Assembly (NCBI GenBank): GCA_023480885.1
Contig: JAMCWX010000018.1
Span: forward strand, 5,086 to 69,085
Source of the DNA: Chloroflexota bacterium
GTDB lineage: Bacteria > Chloroflexota > UBA6077 > FW602-bin22 > JACPRP01
Direction of reading: 5' to 3'
DNA length: 64,000 bases
How positions within the stretch are numbered: the first letter of the stretch is position 1; every line of letters begins with the position of its first letter. Positions 18,963 through 29,475 of this stretch are shown here, one piece after another. The translations under genes and the position numbers were made by a program. Under the pieces are notes generated by a model, which saw nothing but the letters and a program-made list of their open reading frames with translations, was not told where the DNA came from and made no database searches.

Positions 18963-19592
18963 ATGGAGATTAGCATACCATACATCTACGTGTTGGTGCT
19001 GCTGCTGGCAGCGTTTGGAGTGATGGGATTAGCACGGGGATGGGCACGAGACGCGGCTGCCCTGGCGGGAGTGTTCGTCTCGTGGATGGTGGTGGCGAAG
19101 CTCGGAGGGACGATCCTCGAGTTCGTCAACCGAGTTGCGCGGGCGATACTCTTTCTCACGCAGGGTGGCATCGAGACCGACGACCCGGCGCAGATGGCGG
19201 TCAGGCTCAGCAAGGTGCAGCTCGCCGATTTAGCGCATCCAGACGTGCCTCTGGCCCTGCTTTTCGGGCTCTTCATTCTGATCGTCTATCTTCTGTCGTC
19301 GCGCCTAATCGACCGCCGCACGACCTGGCCAGGGAAAGCGGGCGGCGCCCTTCTCGGCGCTCTGAATGGCTATCTAGTCTCATACGCGATGCTCCAGGCC
19401 CCTTCGCCGCGGACGAATATTCTGACGACGCTGACGTTTCCTGTCAAGGACATCGCGTTATTCCTGGGACAATATCTGGCGGCAGCGCTCATAATAGCGG
19501 TGGGCATCGTGATCGTCTTCGCGCTGTTTAACGGCATTCGAACGGCAAGGAGGTCCGCGGACGCGGGATGGGCACAAAAGAGGAAGGGTTAG
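18963..19592 (+). CDS. CvpA-like membrane protein in the murG position
   Basis: Strong SD GGAGG; GLARGWARD and GALLGALNG resemble CvpA-family motifs; 4-5 TM segments. Confidence 0.6.
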   Translation: MEISIPYIYVLVLLLAAFGVMGLARGWARDAAALAGVFVSWMVVAKLGGTILEFVNRVARAILFLTQGGIETDDPAQMAVRLSKVQLADLAHPDVPLALLFGLFILIVYLLSSRLIDRRTTWPGKAGGALLGALNGYLVSYAMLQAPSPRTNILTTLTFPVKDIALFLGQYLAAALIIAVGIVIVFALFNGIRTARRSADAGWAQKRKG

Positions 19593-20974
19593 GAGACCTG
19601 CTGCAGGACGTTCGTCGCATCCACATGATAGGCATAGGGGGTTCCGGCATGAACGCGCTGGCGAAGGTGCTAGCTGAGGCGGGCTACCAGGTATCAGGCT
19701 CGGACCTCAGCCTGTCCAAAACGACAGAAGCGCTTGCCAGCATCGGCATCGAGATCAAGCAGGGCCACGCCGCCGACAACGTCGCCGGCGCCGACCTGGT
19801 CGTGATCTCGTCGGCCATACCGGCGGACAATCCCGAGCTCAGCAAGGCGCGATCCCTTGGACTGCAGGTCGTGAAGCGGGCCGAGCTGCTGAGCGAGCTA
19901 ACGCGCCGCCAGCGCAGCATTCTCGTGGCGGGGACTCACGGCAAGACCACCACATCCTCCATGACAGCCTTGCTGTTGGAGCGCGCGGGCCTGGATCCGA
20001 CGATCATCGTCGGGGGTGATGTGATCGACCTCGGCACGAGCGCGAAGCTGGGGAAAGGGGATTATCTGGTCGCGGAGGCCGACGAGTTCGACCGCACTTT
20101 CCTGAAGCTTTCGCCCTGGACGGCAGTGATCACCAACGTCGAGGCAGACCATCTGGATTATTACGGGAGCCTGGACGCAATAGTCGAGGCTTTCGATAAG
20201 TTCATCGGGATGGTCCCCGAAGACGGCCACCTCGTCGCCTGCTGGGATGAGCCGCCGCTGCGCAAGCTGGCCCGCAGGCGAGGGCGCGGCGTCGTCAGCT
20301 ATGGCATCAGGTCCCAGGCAGATTGGCGCGCTGTGCGGATCAAGCCCAACGTGCTCGGCGGCAACGACTTCGAGGTGCGCCGGCGCGCGGAGCGCGTCGG
20401 CAGGTTCTCGCTGCAAGTGCCCGGCAGGCACAACGTGCTGAACGCGCTGGCGAGCATTGCCGCGGCCTCGTTGGTTGGAGTGGACCTCGATGAGGCCAGA
20501 GAAACGCTCGCCGGATTCAGGGGCGCCGCCCGCCGCTTCGAGCTGAAAGGAGCGGCGAACGGCATTGTCGTCTACGACGACTACGCGCATCATCCGACGG
20601 AGATAGCGGCGACGCTGAAGGGGGCGAGAGAGAGGCATCCGGGACGCATCTGGGCCGTGTTCCAGCCCCACACGTACAATCGCACCAAGCATCACCTGCT
20701 CGGCTTCGCGCGAGCGCTGGAACTGGCGGACCAGGTCGTAGTGACGGATATCTACATGCCCGCGGGACGCGAGGTCGATACGCTGGGGATATCGGCAAGC
20801 GACATCGTGCGAGCGATGAACCACGCGGCGGCGCGGCACATACCGAGGCTGGACGAGGTTGTGGCGCACGTCGTGCCGCGGCTGCAGCCAGGCGATATGT
20901 TGCTGACCATGGGCGCCGGGGACGTGAACAAGGTAGCGGTTGCGGTGCTAAAGCGGTTGGGGGAGAAGGGATAG
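19568..20974 (+). CDS. murC: UDP-MurNAc:L-Ala ligase
   Basis: IGIGGSGM, AGTHGKTTT, EADEFD, DHLDYY, DDYAHHPTE, FQPH, MGAGD. Confidence 0.96.
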   Translation: MGTKEEGLGDLLQDVRRIHMIGIGGSGMNALAKVLAEAGYQVSGSDLSLSKTTEALASIGIEIKQGHAADNVAGADLVVISSAIPADNPELSKARSLGLQVVKRAELLSELTRRQRSILVAGTHGKTTTSSMTALLLERAGLDPTIIVGGDVIDLGTSAKLGKGDYLVAEADEFDRTFLKLSPWTAVITNVEADHLDYYGSLDAIVEAFDKFIGMVPEDGHLVACWDEPPLRKLARRRGRGVVSYGIRSQADWRAVRIKPNVLGGNDFEVRRRAERVGRFSLQVPGRHNVLNALASIAAASLVGVDLDEARETLAGFRGAARRFELKGAANGIVVYDDYAHHPTEIAATLKGARERHPGRIWAVFQPHTYNRTKHHLLGFARALELADQVVVTDIYMPAGREVDTLGISASDIVRAMNHAAARHIPRLDEVVAHVVPRLQPGDMLLTMGAGDVNKVAVAVLKRLGEKG

Positions 20975-20993
20975 GGGGACGCAGGGCGGTGGG

Positions 20994-21021
20994 CACCACG
21001 GAGACACGGAGACACGGAGAG
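20994..21021 (+). repeat. Family C repeat arm
   Basis: caccacggagacacggagacacggagag. Confidence 0.75.
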
Positions 21022-21074
21022 GTGATCTTTCGGGGGGACGCCTGTCCGCCTCTCGTACCATGGAGGCATATACT

Positions 21075-22184
21075 GTGACACATAAATTACGAGTAGCAGT
21101 GATCTTCGGCGGGAGGAGTGGCGAGCACGAGGTCTCGCTGATGTCCGCCGAATCGGTGATAAACGCGATCGACAAAACCAAGTACGAGGTCGTGCCAATT
21201 GGCATAACTAAGGGAGGGCAATGGTTGGTGTCGGGAGACCCCATGTTGGCGCTTAAGAGCGCGGCGGCATCACCCGCGAAATCGTCCGCGCTGGTGGTCG
21301 ATCCATCGCAGCGGGGTCTCATCGCGCTGGAAGTGAACCAGGCATCTGGCGGCGGCCAGAAGCTCGACGTGGTGATCCCTGTGTTGCACGGAACGTATGG
21401 CGAGGATGGCACCATTCAGGGCCTGCTGGAGATGGCAGACGTGCCTTACGTCGGCGCCGGGGTGCTGGCGTCTGCCGTCGGCATGGACAAGAGCGTGATG
21501 AAAGCCGTCTTCGCCCAAAGAGGAATTCCCGTGCTGGACTTCCTCACGGTCAAGAAGAAGGACTGGCAGCGGGACGCCGAGGGATTGACGCACGAGATCG
21601 AACGGCGCATTTCCTATCCGTGCTTCGTCAAGCCAGCCTGCGGCGGTTCGAGTGTCGGCATCAGCAAAGTTCACTCACGCGCCGAGCTTGCGCCGGCGAT
21701 GCGCCTGGCCACCGAGTTCGACCGCAAGATCGTGGTGGAGAAATCGGCCCAGAACTTCCGCGAGATCGAGATCAGCGTCCTGGGCAACGACGAGCCAATC
21801 GCGTCCGTCCCAGGCGAGATAATTCCGTGCAACGAGTTCTACGACTATCGCGCCAAGTACACGGACGATAGGTCGCAACTGATCATCCCGGCGCGGCTTC
21901 CGAACGCGACGGTGAGGAAGGTCCAACGCCTGGCGGTCGAGGTCTTCAAGGCAGTGGACTGCGCGGGCATGGCACGCGTGGATTTCTTTGTGAGCAAGGA
22001 CGCCAGCAAGGTTTACGCCAACGAGATAAACACGATTCCAGGGTTTACGAAGATCAGTATGTATCCCAAGCTCTGGGAAGCCAGCGGCATAAGCTACGGC
22101 GAGCTAATCGACCGCCTCATCGAGCTTGCCATCAAGCGGCATATGGAGAAGAGACAGCTACGAACGTCGTACGAACTGGAGTAA
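21075..22184 (+). CDS. ddl: D-alanine--D-alanine ligase
   Basis: FGGRSGEHEVS, HGTYGEDG, GSSVGI, FYDYRAKY, NEINTIPG; GTG start after GGAGG. Confidence 0.96.
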   Translation: MTHKLRVAVIFGGRSGEHEVSLMSAESVINAIDKTKYEVVPIGITKGGQWLVSGDPMLALKSAAASPAKSSALVVDPSQRGLIALEVNQASGGGQKLDVVIPVLHGTYGEDGTIQGLLEMADVPYVGAGVLASAVGMDKSVMKAVFAQRGIPVLDFLTVKKKDWQRDAEGLTHEIERRISYPCFVKPACGGSSVGISKVHSRAELAPAMRLATEFDRKIVVEKSAQNFREIEISVLGNDEPIASVPGEIIPCNEFYDYRAKYTDDRSQLIIPARLPNATVRKVQRLAVEVFKAVDCAGMARVDFFVSKDASKVYANEINTIPGFTKISMYPKLWEASGISYGELIDRLIELAIKRHMEKRQLRTSYELE

Positions 22185-22187
22185 GAC

Positions 22188-22997
22188 TTGCCACGCCGGA
22201 TAGGGACAACACGAGGCACTCTGCATCGGCGGCCCAGGAAAAGAATAAGCCTTCCTACCGATATGTCTTTTCTCGGGCGCAAGTGGTCCAAGCGCTTCGG
22301 GGTCTGGGCACGCGACAAGCTGTTGTTTATTCTCGTTCTCGTCTTTCTTTTGTGGCTCGGGTTTTACTTTACGACGTCGCCCGACTATCGCGTAACAGAA
22401 ATCACGGTGACGGGCAACGTGCTCACCGCCTCGGAGGATTTAGTATCAGCGGCAGGCGTGCGCAATCAGCCTATCCTGTTGCTGAACCACAAGAAAGCGG
22501 AGGAATCCATTCTAAAACTGAGGGCGGTGAAGTCGGCCGAGGTTCGCTCCGAATTCCCGAATCACGCGTCGATCAGGGTGATCGAGCGAACCGCGGAGTA
22601 CATCTGGAAGGTGAAAGACACCTTGTATCTGGCCTCAGACGACGGTATCATAGTGGGTACGACGCCGACGGCGAACCAGATGGTCGCGCTGGTAGACGTC
22701 GACGGCACGCCGACAAATGTTGGGGGCCAGGTAGATGCCGATGCGCTCCACGCGGCGAAGGCGCTTTCCTCGCTTCTGCCGCGAGAGATGTCGATAACGC
22801 CAGCCTACTTCGAGTATTCGCGCTCGGAGGGGGTCGTGTTGCCCACGGACTTTGCGGGGCGCGTCGTCTTTGGTAAAATGGAAGACCTCGAAGACAAAGT
22901 GGCGACGTTCAAGGCGCTCAAGCAGGCGTTTCAAGAGAAAAACTTGAAGGTAAAATACGTCGATTTGCGCTTTAAGGATAAGCCCTATTTCCGGTAA
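22188..22997 (+). CDS. ftsQ: FtsQ/DivIB cell division protein
   Basis: TM segment, POTRA-like ITVTGN...FPNHASIRVIER, C-terminal YVDLRF. Confidence 0.85.
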   Translation: MPRRIGTTRGTLHRRPRKRISLPTDMSFLGRKWSKRFGVWARDKLLFILVLVFLLWLGFYFTTSPDYRVTEITVTGNVLTASEDLVSAAGVRNQPILLLNHKKAEESILKLRAVKSAEVRSEFPNHASIRVIERTAEYIWKVKDTLYLASDDGIIVGTTPTANQMVALVDVDGTPTNVGGQVDADALHAAKALSSLLPREMSITPAYFEYSRSEGVVLPTDFAGRVVFGKMEDLEDKVATFKALKQAFQEKNLKVKYVDLRFKDKPYFR

Positions 22998-23054
22998 AAT
23001 AGGCATCTGACAGATGACGGCCAGCCGTCTAACTAGACAAGGGGCAGAACATCC

Positions 23055-23432
23055 ATGTGGTTGCCAGCACTGGGGCTATTGATTGGCATTTTGATCGGCA
23101 TCTTCTTTTCGATCGGTATTCCGACGGAATACGCGCGCTACACGGCAATGGCGATCCTGGCCGCGCTGGACTCGATTCTCGGCGCGGCGCGGGCCGAGCT
23201 CGATGGGCAGTATGACAACGAGGTATTCATTTCGGGGCTGGTGACCAATGCGCTGCTGGCTGGACTGTTGACTTTTCTTGGCGACAGGCTGGGCGTGGAG
23301 CTCTTCATCGCGGGCATAGTCGCCTTCGGCGTGAGATTGTTCAACAACCTGGCGATCATTCGGCGGCAGCTCCTGATAAGAGCCAAGCGACGGCGCGAGC
23401 TGCGGGCGCGGATGCAGCAACAAGAGACGTAG
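23055..23432 (+). CDS. sbp: Small basic protein (Sbp/DUF1290)
   Basis: YTAMAILAALDSILG, FGVRLFNNLAIIRR. Confidence 0.88.
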   Translation: MWLPALGLLIGILIGIFFSIGIPTEYARYTAMAILAALDSILGAARAELDGQYDNEVFISGLVTNALLAGLLTFLGDRLGVELFIAGIVAFGVRLFNNLAIIRRQLLIRAKRRRELRARMQQQET

Positions 23433-23434
23433 TA

Positions 23435-23464
23435 CTTGTTCGTTATGTTATAAAAGAGTATAAT
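23435..23464 (+). promoter_or_regulatory. Internal ftsA-ftsZ promoter
   Basis: TTGTTC-17-TATAAT. Confidence 0.55.
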
Positions 23465-23548
23465 GTGGCGCAAGAAGCCACCCTAGGCTCGGCTGGTAGA
23501 GTGAGCGTGGTGGCTGGGCATTGCCCTAGAATGGTGGGGGGGACCTAG

Positions 23549-24817
23549 GTGGCCAGAGGCAAGACGATCGTCGCCATCGACGCCGGCACGACCAAGATCT
23601 GCACGTTGATCGCGGAGATCGGCAAAGAAGAAAACATCCACATAATTGGGGTTGGCGTTTGCCCTTCTCGCGGGCTGCGCAAGGGCGTAGTCGTCAACAT
23701 CGAGGAAGCTGTCGAATCTATCGGCACCTCGATCGAGAAGGCAGAACGCGTCTCTGGATACAAGGTCGTCAGCGGCTACGTCGGCATCGGCGGATCCCAC
23801 GTCGCCGCGCTCAACAATCGCGGCGTAATCGCCATCTCCCACAGCGATCGCGCCATTACGCACGAAGATATCGACAGGGCGGTTGAATCGGCGCGAGTGA
23901 TCAACGTGCCGAGCAATCGCGAGATCATCCACTCCATTCCCCGCCAGTTCATCGTCGACGGACAGGAAGGCATCAAGAATCCAGTAGGCATGGTCGGGTT
24001 TCGCCTCGACGTTGAGGCGCATATCGTCACCGGCGCGACGACGGGAATCCAGAACCTGGTGAAATGCGTCCACAGGCTTGGGGTCGAAGTCGACGACGTC
24101 GTCCTCGAGCCGCTGGCCTCTAGCGAGGCCGTGCTGACCGAGGAAGAAAAGGAAATGGGCGTCGTCCTGGCGGATATTGGCGGCGGAACTACTGGCGTGG
24201 CCGTATTCGTCGAGGGAGCGATTGCCCACAGCTCTATCCTTCCCGTCGGCGGCAACCATATAACCAACGACATCGCGGTCGGGCTGCGCACGCCCTTTGC
24301 AATGGCAGAGGAGATCAAGATCAAGCGCGGCCACGCTCTTTCCAGCCTCATCGATCCGTCGGAAGTGATAGAGATAACGACCTTTGGCAGAAACCAGAGG
24401 GAGAAGATTTCGCGAGCCCAGCTTTGCCAGATAGTCGAGGCAAGGCTCCAGGAGACCTTCGCGCTCCTGCAATCCGAGATCAAGAAGTCGGGCTACGATA
24501 CGCTCTTGCCGGCGGGCGTGGTGCTCACAGGCGGCACGTCGGAGATGGCCGGCATCGCCGACCTGGCCAGCGAGATACTGCAGGTGCCCGTGCGCATCGG
24601 CTATCCGTATGGCATACAGGGGCTCGTGGACAGCATAGGGGGGCCATCCTACTCGACGGGCATCGGCCTGCTTCTCTGGGGAGCGATGTTCGGGGAACAT
24701 TCCCCAACGCGAGCTTTCGGAGGGAAGGTAGCCGCGAAGAAGTCGAATGGCACGGGGCCAGATAGCTCGGGCATGTATGGCAGGGTCCGAGAGTGGTTGA
24801 AGACGTTTTTGCCGTAG
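23549..24817 (+). CDS. ftsA: Cell division protein FtsA
   Basis: [31 protein letters not shown]-terminal amphipathic helix. Confidence 0.96.
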   Translation: MARGKTIVAIDAGTTKICTLIAEIGKEENIHIIGVGVCPSRGLRKGVVVNIEEAVESIGTSIEKAERVSGYKVVSGYVGIGGSHVAALNNRGVIAISHSDRAITHEDIDRAVESARVINVPSNREIIHSIPRQFIVDGQEGIKNPVGMVGFRLDVEAHIVTGATTGIQNLVKCVHRLGVEVDDVVLEPLASSEAVLTEEEKEMGVVLADIGGGTTGVAVFVEGAIAHSSILPVGGNHITNDIAVGLRTPFAMAEEIKIKRGHALSSLIDPSEVIEITTFGRNQREKISRAQLCQIVEARLQETFALLQSEIKKSGYDTLLPAGVVLTGGTSEMAGIADLASEILQVPVRIGYPYGIQGLVDSIGGPSYSTGIGLLLWGAMFGEHSPTRAFGGKVAAKKSNGTGPDSSGMYGRVREWLKTFLP

Positions 24818-24872
24818 GTTGAGAACTCGCACAAGGGGAGCGGTTGATTGTATAGAGGAAGGAGACATTGCG

Positions 24873-25931
24873 ATGGATACTGAGACCAGAACCTATTTCG
24901 CCAACATCCGAGTAGTGGGCGTTGGAGGTGGCGGCAGCAACGCCGTCAACCGCATGATCCAGGCAGAGGTCCAGGGAATCGAATTCATCGCCGTGAATAC
25001 GGATTACCAGGCGCTTCAGCGCGCTGATGCTGATAAGAAGATCCACATTGGAGACAAGCTGACCAAGGGTCTCGGCGCGGGTGGCAATCCCATCATCGGG
25101 ACCAAGTCGGCGGAGGAGAGCGCCGAGGAGCTTTACGAGGCGCTGAAAGATAGCGACATGGTCTTCATCACGGCCGGCATGGGTGGCGGCACGGGCACCG
25201 GCGCGGCGCCGGTGATCGCTCAGATAGCCCAGGAACTGGGCGCCCTCACGGTAGCGGTCGTGACCAAGCCCTTCACCTACGAAGGCGCCAAACGGCGTGC
25301 CGTGGCCGACGAGGGGCTCTCCAATTTGAAGGACAAGGTAGACACGCTAATCACAATCCCGAACGACAGACTTCTGCAGGTCGTCGAACGAAAGACCTCG
25401 CTGGAAGCCGCCTTTCGCGTCGTCGACGACGTGCTGCGCCAGGGCATCCAAGGCATTTCCGAGCTGATCACGGTGCCTGGCGTCATCAATCTCGACTTTG
25501 CCGACGTCAAGACCATTATGGCCCAGGCAGGCTCCGCGCTCATGGCCATCGGGCGCGGCGAAGGAGAAACGCGAGCCACAGACGCGGCCAAGGCGGCTAT
25601 AGCCAGTCCACTGCTCGAGGTATCCATCGACGGCGCCAAGGGCGTCCTGTTCAATGTTACTGGCGGGGCAGACCTGACGCTGTTCGAGGTAAGCGAGGCA
25701 GCCGACGTTATCTCCAAGGCCGCGGACCCCGACGCCAACATCATTTTCGGCGCCGTCATCGATCCCAAGCTGCAAAACGAGATAAGGATCACTGTTATCG
25801 CCACTGGCTTCGACGGAAAGATCCCCTCCGTGAAGCCGATTCCGACGGCCACCAAGCTGCGCGAGGTGCCGCTGCAGCAGCCTAGTCAGGGAGACGATCT
25901 GGACATTCCGGCGTTTTTGCGGCGACGGTAA
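24873..25931 (+). CDS. ftsZ: Cell division protein FtsZ
   Basis: [35 protein letters not shown]. Confidence 0.98.
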   Translation: MDTETRTYFANIRVVGVGGGGSNAVNRMIQAEVQGIEFIAVNTDYQALQRADADKKIHIGDKLTKGLGAGGNPIIGTKSAEESAEELYEALKDSDMVFITAGMGGGTGTGAAPVIAQIAQELGALTVAVVTKPFTYEGAKRRAVADEGLSNLKDKVDTLITIPNDRLLQVVERKTSLEAAFRVVDDVLRQGIQGISELITVPGVINLDFADVKTIMAQAGSALMAIGRGEGETRATDAAKAAIASPLLEVSIDGAKGVLFNVTGGADLTLFEVSEAADVISKAADPDANIIFGAVIDPKLQNEIRITVIATGFDGKIPSVKPIPTATKLREVPLQQPSQGDDLDIPAFLRRR

Positions 25932-26086
25932 TCCGCCACCTGACTATACCCATACACACCCACCGCCTTCGCCCCCAGCGCGGTGATGGCCTCCGGGGTA
26001 CGATCGCCAAGGTGTTTTCGCAGGTCGGTAGGATAGACGGGATCCACCGGTCCGAACTGGACGATGAACAGATGCCCGTGTCCAGC

Positions 26087-26115
26087 TTGACACCCTAGCT
26101 ATCTAGCGTTATTAT
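26087..26115 (+). promoter_or_regulatory. Promoter of the helicase-MTase pair
   Basis: TTGACA-17-TATTAT with CTAG-CTAT-CTAG in the spacer. Confidence 0.65.
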
Positions 26116-26253
26116 TGCCCCTAGCACACTCTCGTTGCGCGTTCCCGCGCTTTTCGACAGCGCGGACCCGGCCATTGAGCGAGAACTCCGGCAATTGTTT
26201 TGAGGGGGACCGATTTTGCCAACTGGCAACACACCACCCAGGAGGCGGATTCG

Positions 26254-29200
26254 GTGACAATGTCATCTGACCTGACCTTCATTACGAATGAGCCCGGCAA
26301 TGCACTTAGAGATCGCTTCGGCGTCTTGCTCCGAGACGATACACGTTTCTTCGACTGCCTGGTGGGGTACTTCTTCGTCAGCGGCTTCTATGAGCTTTAC
26401 CCTGCCCTGGAGAATGTTGAGAAGGTTCGAATACTGGTCGGTCTCCGGACAGACAGGACGGCCTACGAGCTCATCCAGAGAGCCGGCGCGCAGGGCGAAC
26501 CGCCCTTGTTGTCCCACGCCTCGGCAAAAGAACAGGTGTCCAACGACGTGCTTGGCGAAATCGAACGTTCTCCGGACACCGCCGAGATCGAGACAGGCGT
26601 TCGCAAATTTGTGAAGTGGATTCGCTCAGGGAAACTCGAAATCAAAGCTTACCCTTCGGAGAATCTTCACGCGAAGGTCTACATTATGACTTTCGCCGAG
26701 GGAGATAGGGATAAAGGGCGCGTGATAACCGGCTCCAGCAACCTGACCCAGGCAGGGCTGCAGGCGAACCTGGAGTTCAACGTGGAGCTCAAGAACCGCT
26801 CTGATTATGATTTCGCCATCGCCAAGTTCAATGAGCTTTGGGACATGGCGGTGGACGTTTCGGAGCCCTACGACGACGCGATCACGAACCGGTCGCCCTA
26901 CGCCCAATTCGCCCCTCACGAGCTGTATCTCAAGTTTCTCTACGAGTATTTTCGCAATGAACTCAGCCGCCCGTCAGAGCTGGACGATGTCTTCGTCCCA
27001 ACCGGCTTCAAGAAGCTGAGGTATCAGGAAGAGGCGGTTCTCAACGCCCGCAAGGTCCTCGACGAATACGGTGGGGTATTTCTCGCCGACGTCGTTGGGT
27101 TGGGCAAGACATACATGTCGGCCCTGCTGGCACAGCAGCTCGATGGCCGCCACCTGGTCATAGCGCCGCCGCAGTTGCTAGATAGAGACAAGAGGGGCTC
27201 GTGGCCCAATGTGTTCGGCGATTTTCAGGTTCGGCAATCGGAATTCGTGTCAATCGGCAAGCTGGAGAGCCTCCTGGAACGCGACATCTCAGAGTACAAG
27301 AATGTCTTTATCGACGAGTCGCACCGCTTCCGCACGGAGACCACGCAGACCTACGAGACTCTCGCTCAGATCTGTCGGGGCAAACGAGTAATCCTCGTCT
27401 CGGCCACGCCCCTGAACAACACGCCCGGAGATATTCTCAGCCAGGTCAAGCTCTTCCAAAACGGCAAGGCGAGCACAATTCCCAACCTGCGCAACCCGGA
27501 GGCGTTCTTTGCGGGGCTGAATCGGAAACTCAAAGGTCTGGACAGGCGACGCGACCGCGAGCTTTACTTTCAGACCATTCAAGCCAACGCCAGGGCGACG
27601 CGCGAGAGGGTTCTCAAGTATCTAATGATACGGCGAACGAGAACCGAGATCGAGAGGTACTACGGCGAGGACATGAGGCAACAGGGGATAAAGTTTCCCG
27701 AGGTGAAGGACCCCGAGCCGCTCTTCTACAAGTTCAGCAAGCAGGAGAACGGAATCTTTGACGAGACAGTTCGTCTGCTAGTTTCCGAATTCAAATACTC
27801 ACGCTACAGACCACTCACGTATTACCGGGGCAAGAGGGCCGAGCAGGAGATTCAAAGCCAGCGCAACCTGGCCAAGTTCATGAAGATACTCATGATCAAA
27901 CGCCTCGAGAGCAGTTTCCACGCGTTCCGATTGACCCTCGACAGGTTCATTCGGTCGTACGAACGGGTGATCGACGAACTTAGGAACGGGAACGTCTACA
28001 TCAGCAAGAAACACATCAACAAGATATTCGAGGCGCTGGAGGAGGATAATCAAGAAGCCATTGAAAGATTGCTGGAAGAGGACAAAGCCGAGAGGCTGAG
28101 CGCGAGCGATTTCTCGGGCGATTTCCAGCGCGACCTCGATAGCGACTACAAGACGCTACTTAGCGTTAAGAAACTCTGGACGAAGGCCCGACGCGATCCG
28201 AAATGGGAGTCCTTCCGTGAAGTCCTCAAGTCGCAACCAGCTTTGAACAAGGGGAAGCTGATCATCTTCACCGAGTCACAGGAGACGGCTGCCTATCTTG
28301 CGGACCGAATCAGAGAAGAGGTCGAGCCCAGGGTAATTCTTTTTTCAGGGCAGGCGAGCGAAGACGCGCACAAGGACGTGATCGCGAACTTCGATGCCAA
28401 CGCTTTCCACCCGCGTGACGACTACCGCGTTCTCGTGAGCACGGAGGTCCTCTCCGAAGGCGTTAACCTCCACCGCTCGAACATCGTGATCAATTACGAC
28501 ATCCCCTGGAATCCGACCCGCCTCATCCAGCGCGTCGGGCGCGTCAACCGCGTGGACACTAAGTTCGACGAGATCCGCACCTACAACTTCTTCCCCACGG
28601 AGGAGAGCAATGACCTCATCAAGCTAAAGGAAGCGGCGGAAGCGAAGATTCACGGCTTCATCGAAATGCTTGGCGCGGACGCGCGCCTGCTGACCGAGGG
28701 CGAGGAGATCAAGTCCCACGATTTGTTCGCCAGGTTGAACTCCAGAAAGACCATCACAGGCGAGGATGAAGAGGAAGAGAGCGAGCTGGAATATCTGACT
28801 GAGATACGAGACGTCCGCGACAAGAACCCCGAGCTGTTTGCGCGCATCAAGCGCCTGCCGAAGAAGGCTCGCTCGACCAGGCATCTCCCGCTGGCGCCGG
28901 ATATGCCCGTCAAAGAGTTTCCGTCGCTGCTGACCTACTTCCGCCAGGGCCGGCTCGACAAGTTCTATGTGGCCCAGCAAGGCGCAACAGAGGCCGCCGA
29001 GCTGGATTTTCTGACCGCGGTCAAGATTCTCAAACCCGTTGACCCGTCTGAGCAGCGGCAGACAATCCCGCGAGATTTCTATGCCCTGCTCGACAAAAAC
29101 AAGGACGCCTTCGCCGCCGACACCAGCCCCGAAAACGACGACGCCATCCCCAGGCACAGAGGCGGCGCGAACGACGCCTATATCCTGAAACGGCTCAAGG

Positions 29201-29475
29201 CATGGGAAATCCGCCAGTATCCGGGCTTCACCGAGGACGACGAAGCGTACATCCAGCGGGTGATCCAGCTTCTGGCCGACGGCGCGCTCCCGAAGCCCAC
29301 CGCCAGGACGGTCGCGGAAGCATTGAAGAAGGTGAGCCAACCCCTGAGGGTTCTAGGTGTCCTCAAGCGGGACATCCCCTCGCAGTTCCTTCAGCCCACG
29401 CGAGCCCAGCAGACTTCCCAAACGCTCAGTCCCCGGGAAGTCATCCTCTCATCTTACCTGGTGGAGGAGAAGTGA
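26254..29475 (+). CDS. PLD-nuclease-domain SNF2-like helicase
   Basis: LHAKVY...GSSNLT (PLD-like); LADVVGLGKT, DESH, SATP, SEGVNL, WNPTRLIQRVGRVNR. Confidence 0.9.
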   Translation: MTMSSDLTFITNEPGNALRDRFGVLLRDDTRFFDCLVGYFFVSGFYELYPALENVEKVRILVGLRTDRTAYELIQRAGAQGEPPLLSHASAKEQVSNDVLGEIERSPDTAEIETGVRKFVKWIRSGKLEIKAYPSENLHAKVYIMTFAEGDRDKGRVITGSSNLTQAGLQANLEFNVELKNRSDYDFAIAKFNELWDMAVDVSEPYDDAITNRSPYAQFAPHELYLKFLYEYFRNELSRPSELDDVFVPTGFKKLRYQEEAVLNARKVLDEYGGVFLADVVGLGKTYMSALLAQQLDGRHLVIAPPQLLDRDKRGSWPNVFGDFQVRQSEFVSIGKLESLLERDISEYKNVFIDESHRFRTETTQTYETLAQICRGKRVILVSATPLNNTPGDILSQVKLFQNGKASTIPNLRNPEAFFAGLNRKLKGLDRRRDRELYFQTIQANARATRERVLKYLMIRRTRTEIERYYGEDMRQQGIKFPEVKDPEPLFYKFSKQENGIFDETVRLLVSEFKYSRYRPLTYYRGKRAEQEIQSQRNLAKFMKILMIKRLESSFHAFRLTLDRFIRSYERVIDELRNGNVYISKKHINKIFEALEEDNQEAIERLLEEDKAERLSASDFSGDFQRDLDSDYKTLLSVKKLWTKARRDPKWESFREVLKSQPALNKGKLIIFTESQETAAYLADRIREEVEPRVILFSGQASEDAHKDVIANFDANAFHPRDDYRVLVSTEVLSEGVNLHRSNIVINYDIPWNPTRLIQRVGRVNRVDTKFDEIRTYNFFPTEESNDLIKLKEAAEAKIHGFIEMLGADARLLTEGEEIKSHDLFARLNSRKTITGEDEEEESELEYLTEIRDVRDKNPELFARIKRLPKKARSTRHLPLAPDMPVKEFPSLLTYFRQGRLDKFYVAQQGATEAAELDFLTAVKILKPVDPSEQRQTIPRDFYALLDKNKDAFAADTSPENDDAIPRHRGGANDAYILKRLKAWEIRQYPGFTEDDEAYIQRVIQLLADGALPKPTARTVAEALKKVSQPLRVLGVLKRDIPSQFLQPTRAQQTSQTLSPREVILSSYLVEEK

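Noticed and set aside
23006-23040. Heptamer-like repeats (tgacaga tgacggc; also caccaac x2 near 61874)
   Set aside because: Too short and degenerate to call a repeat family
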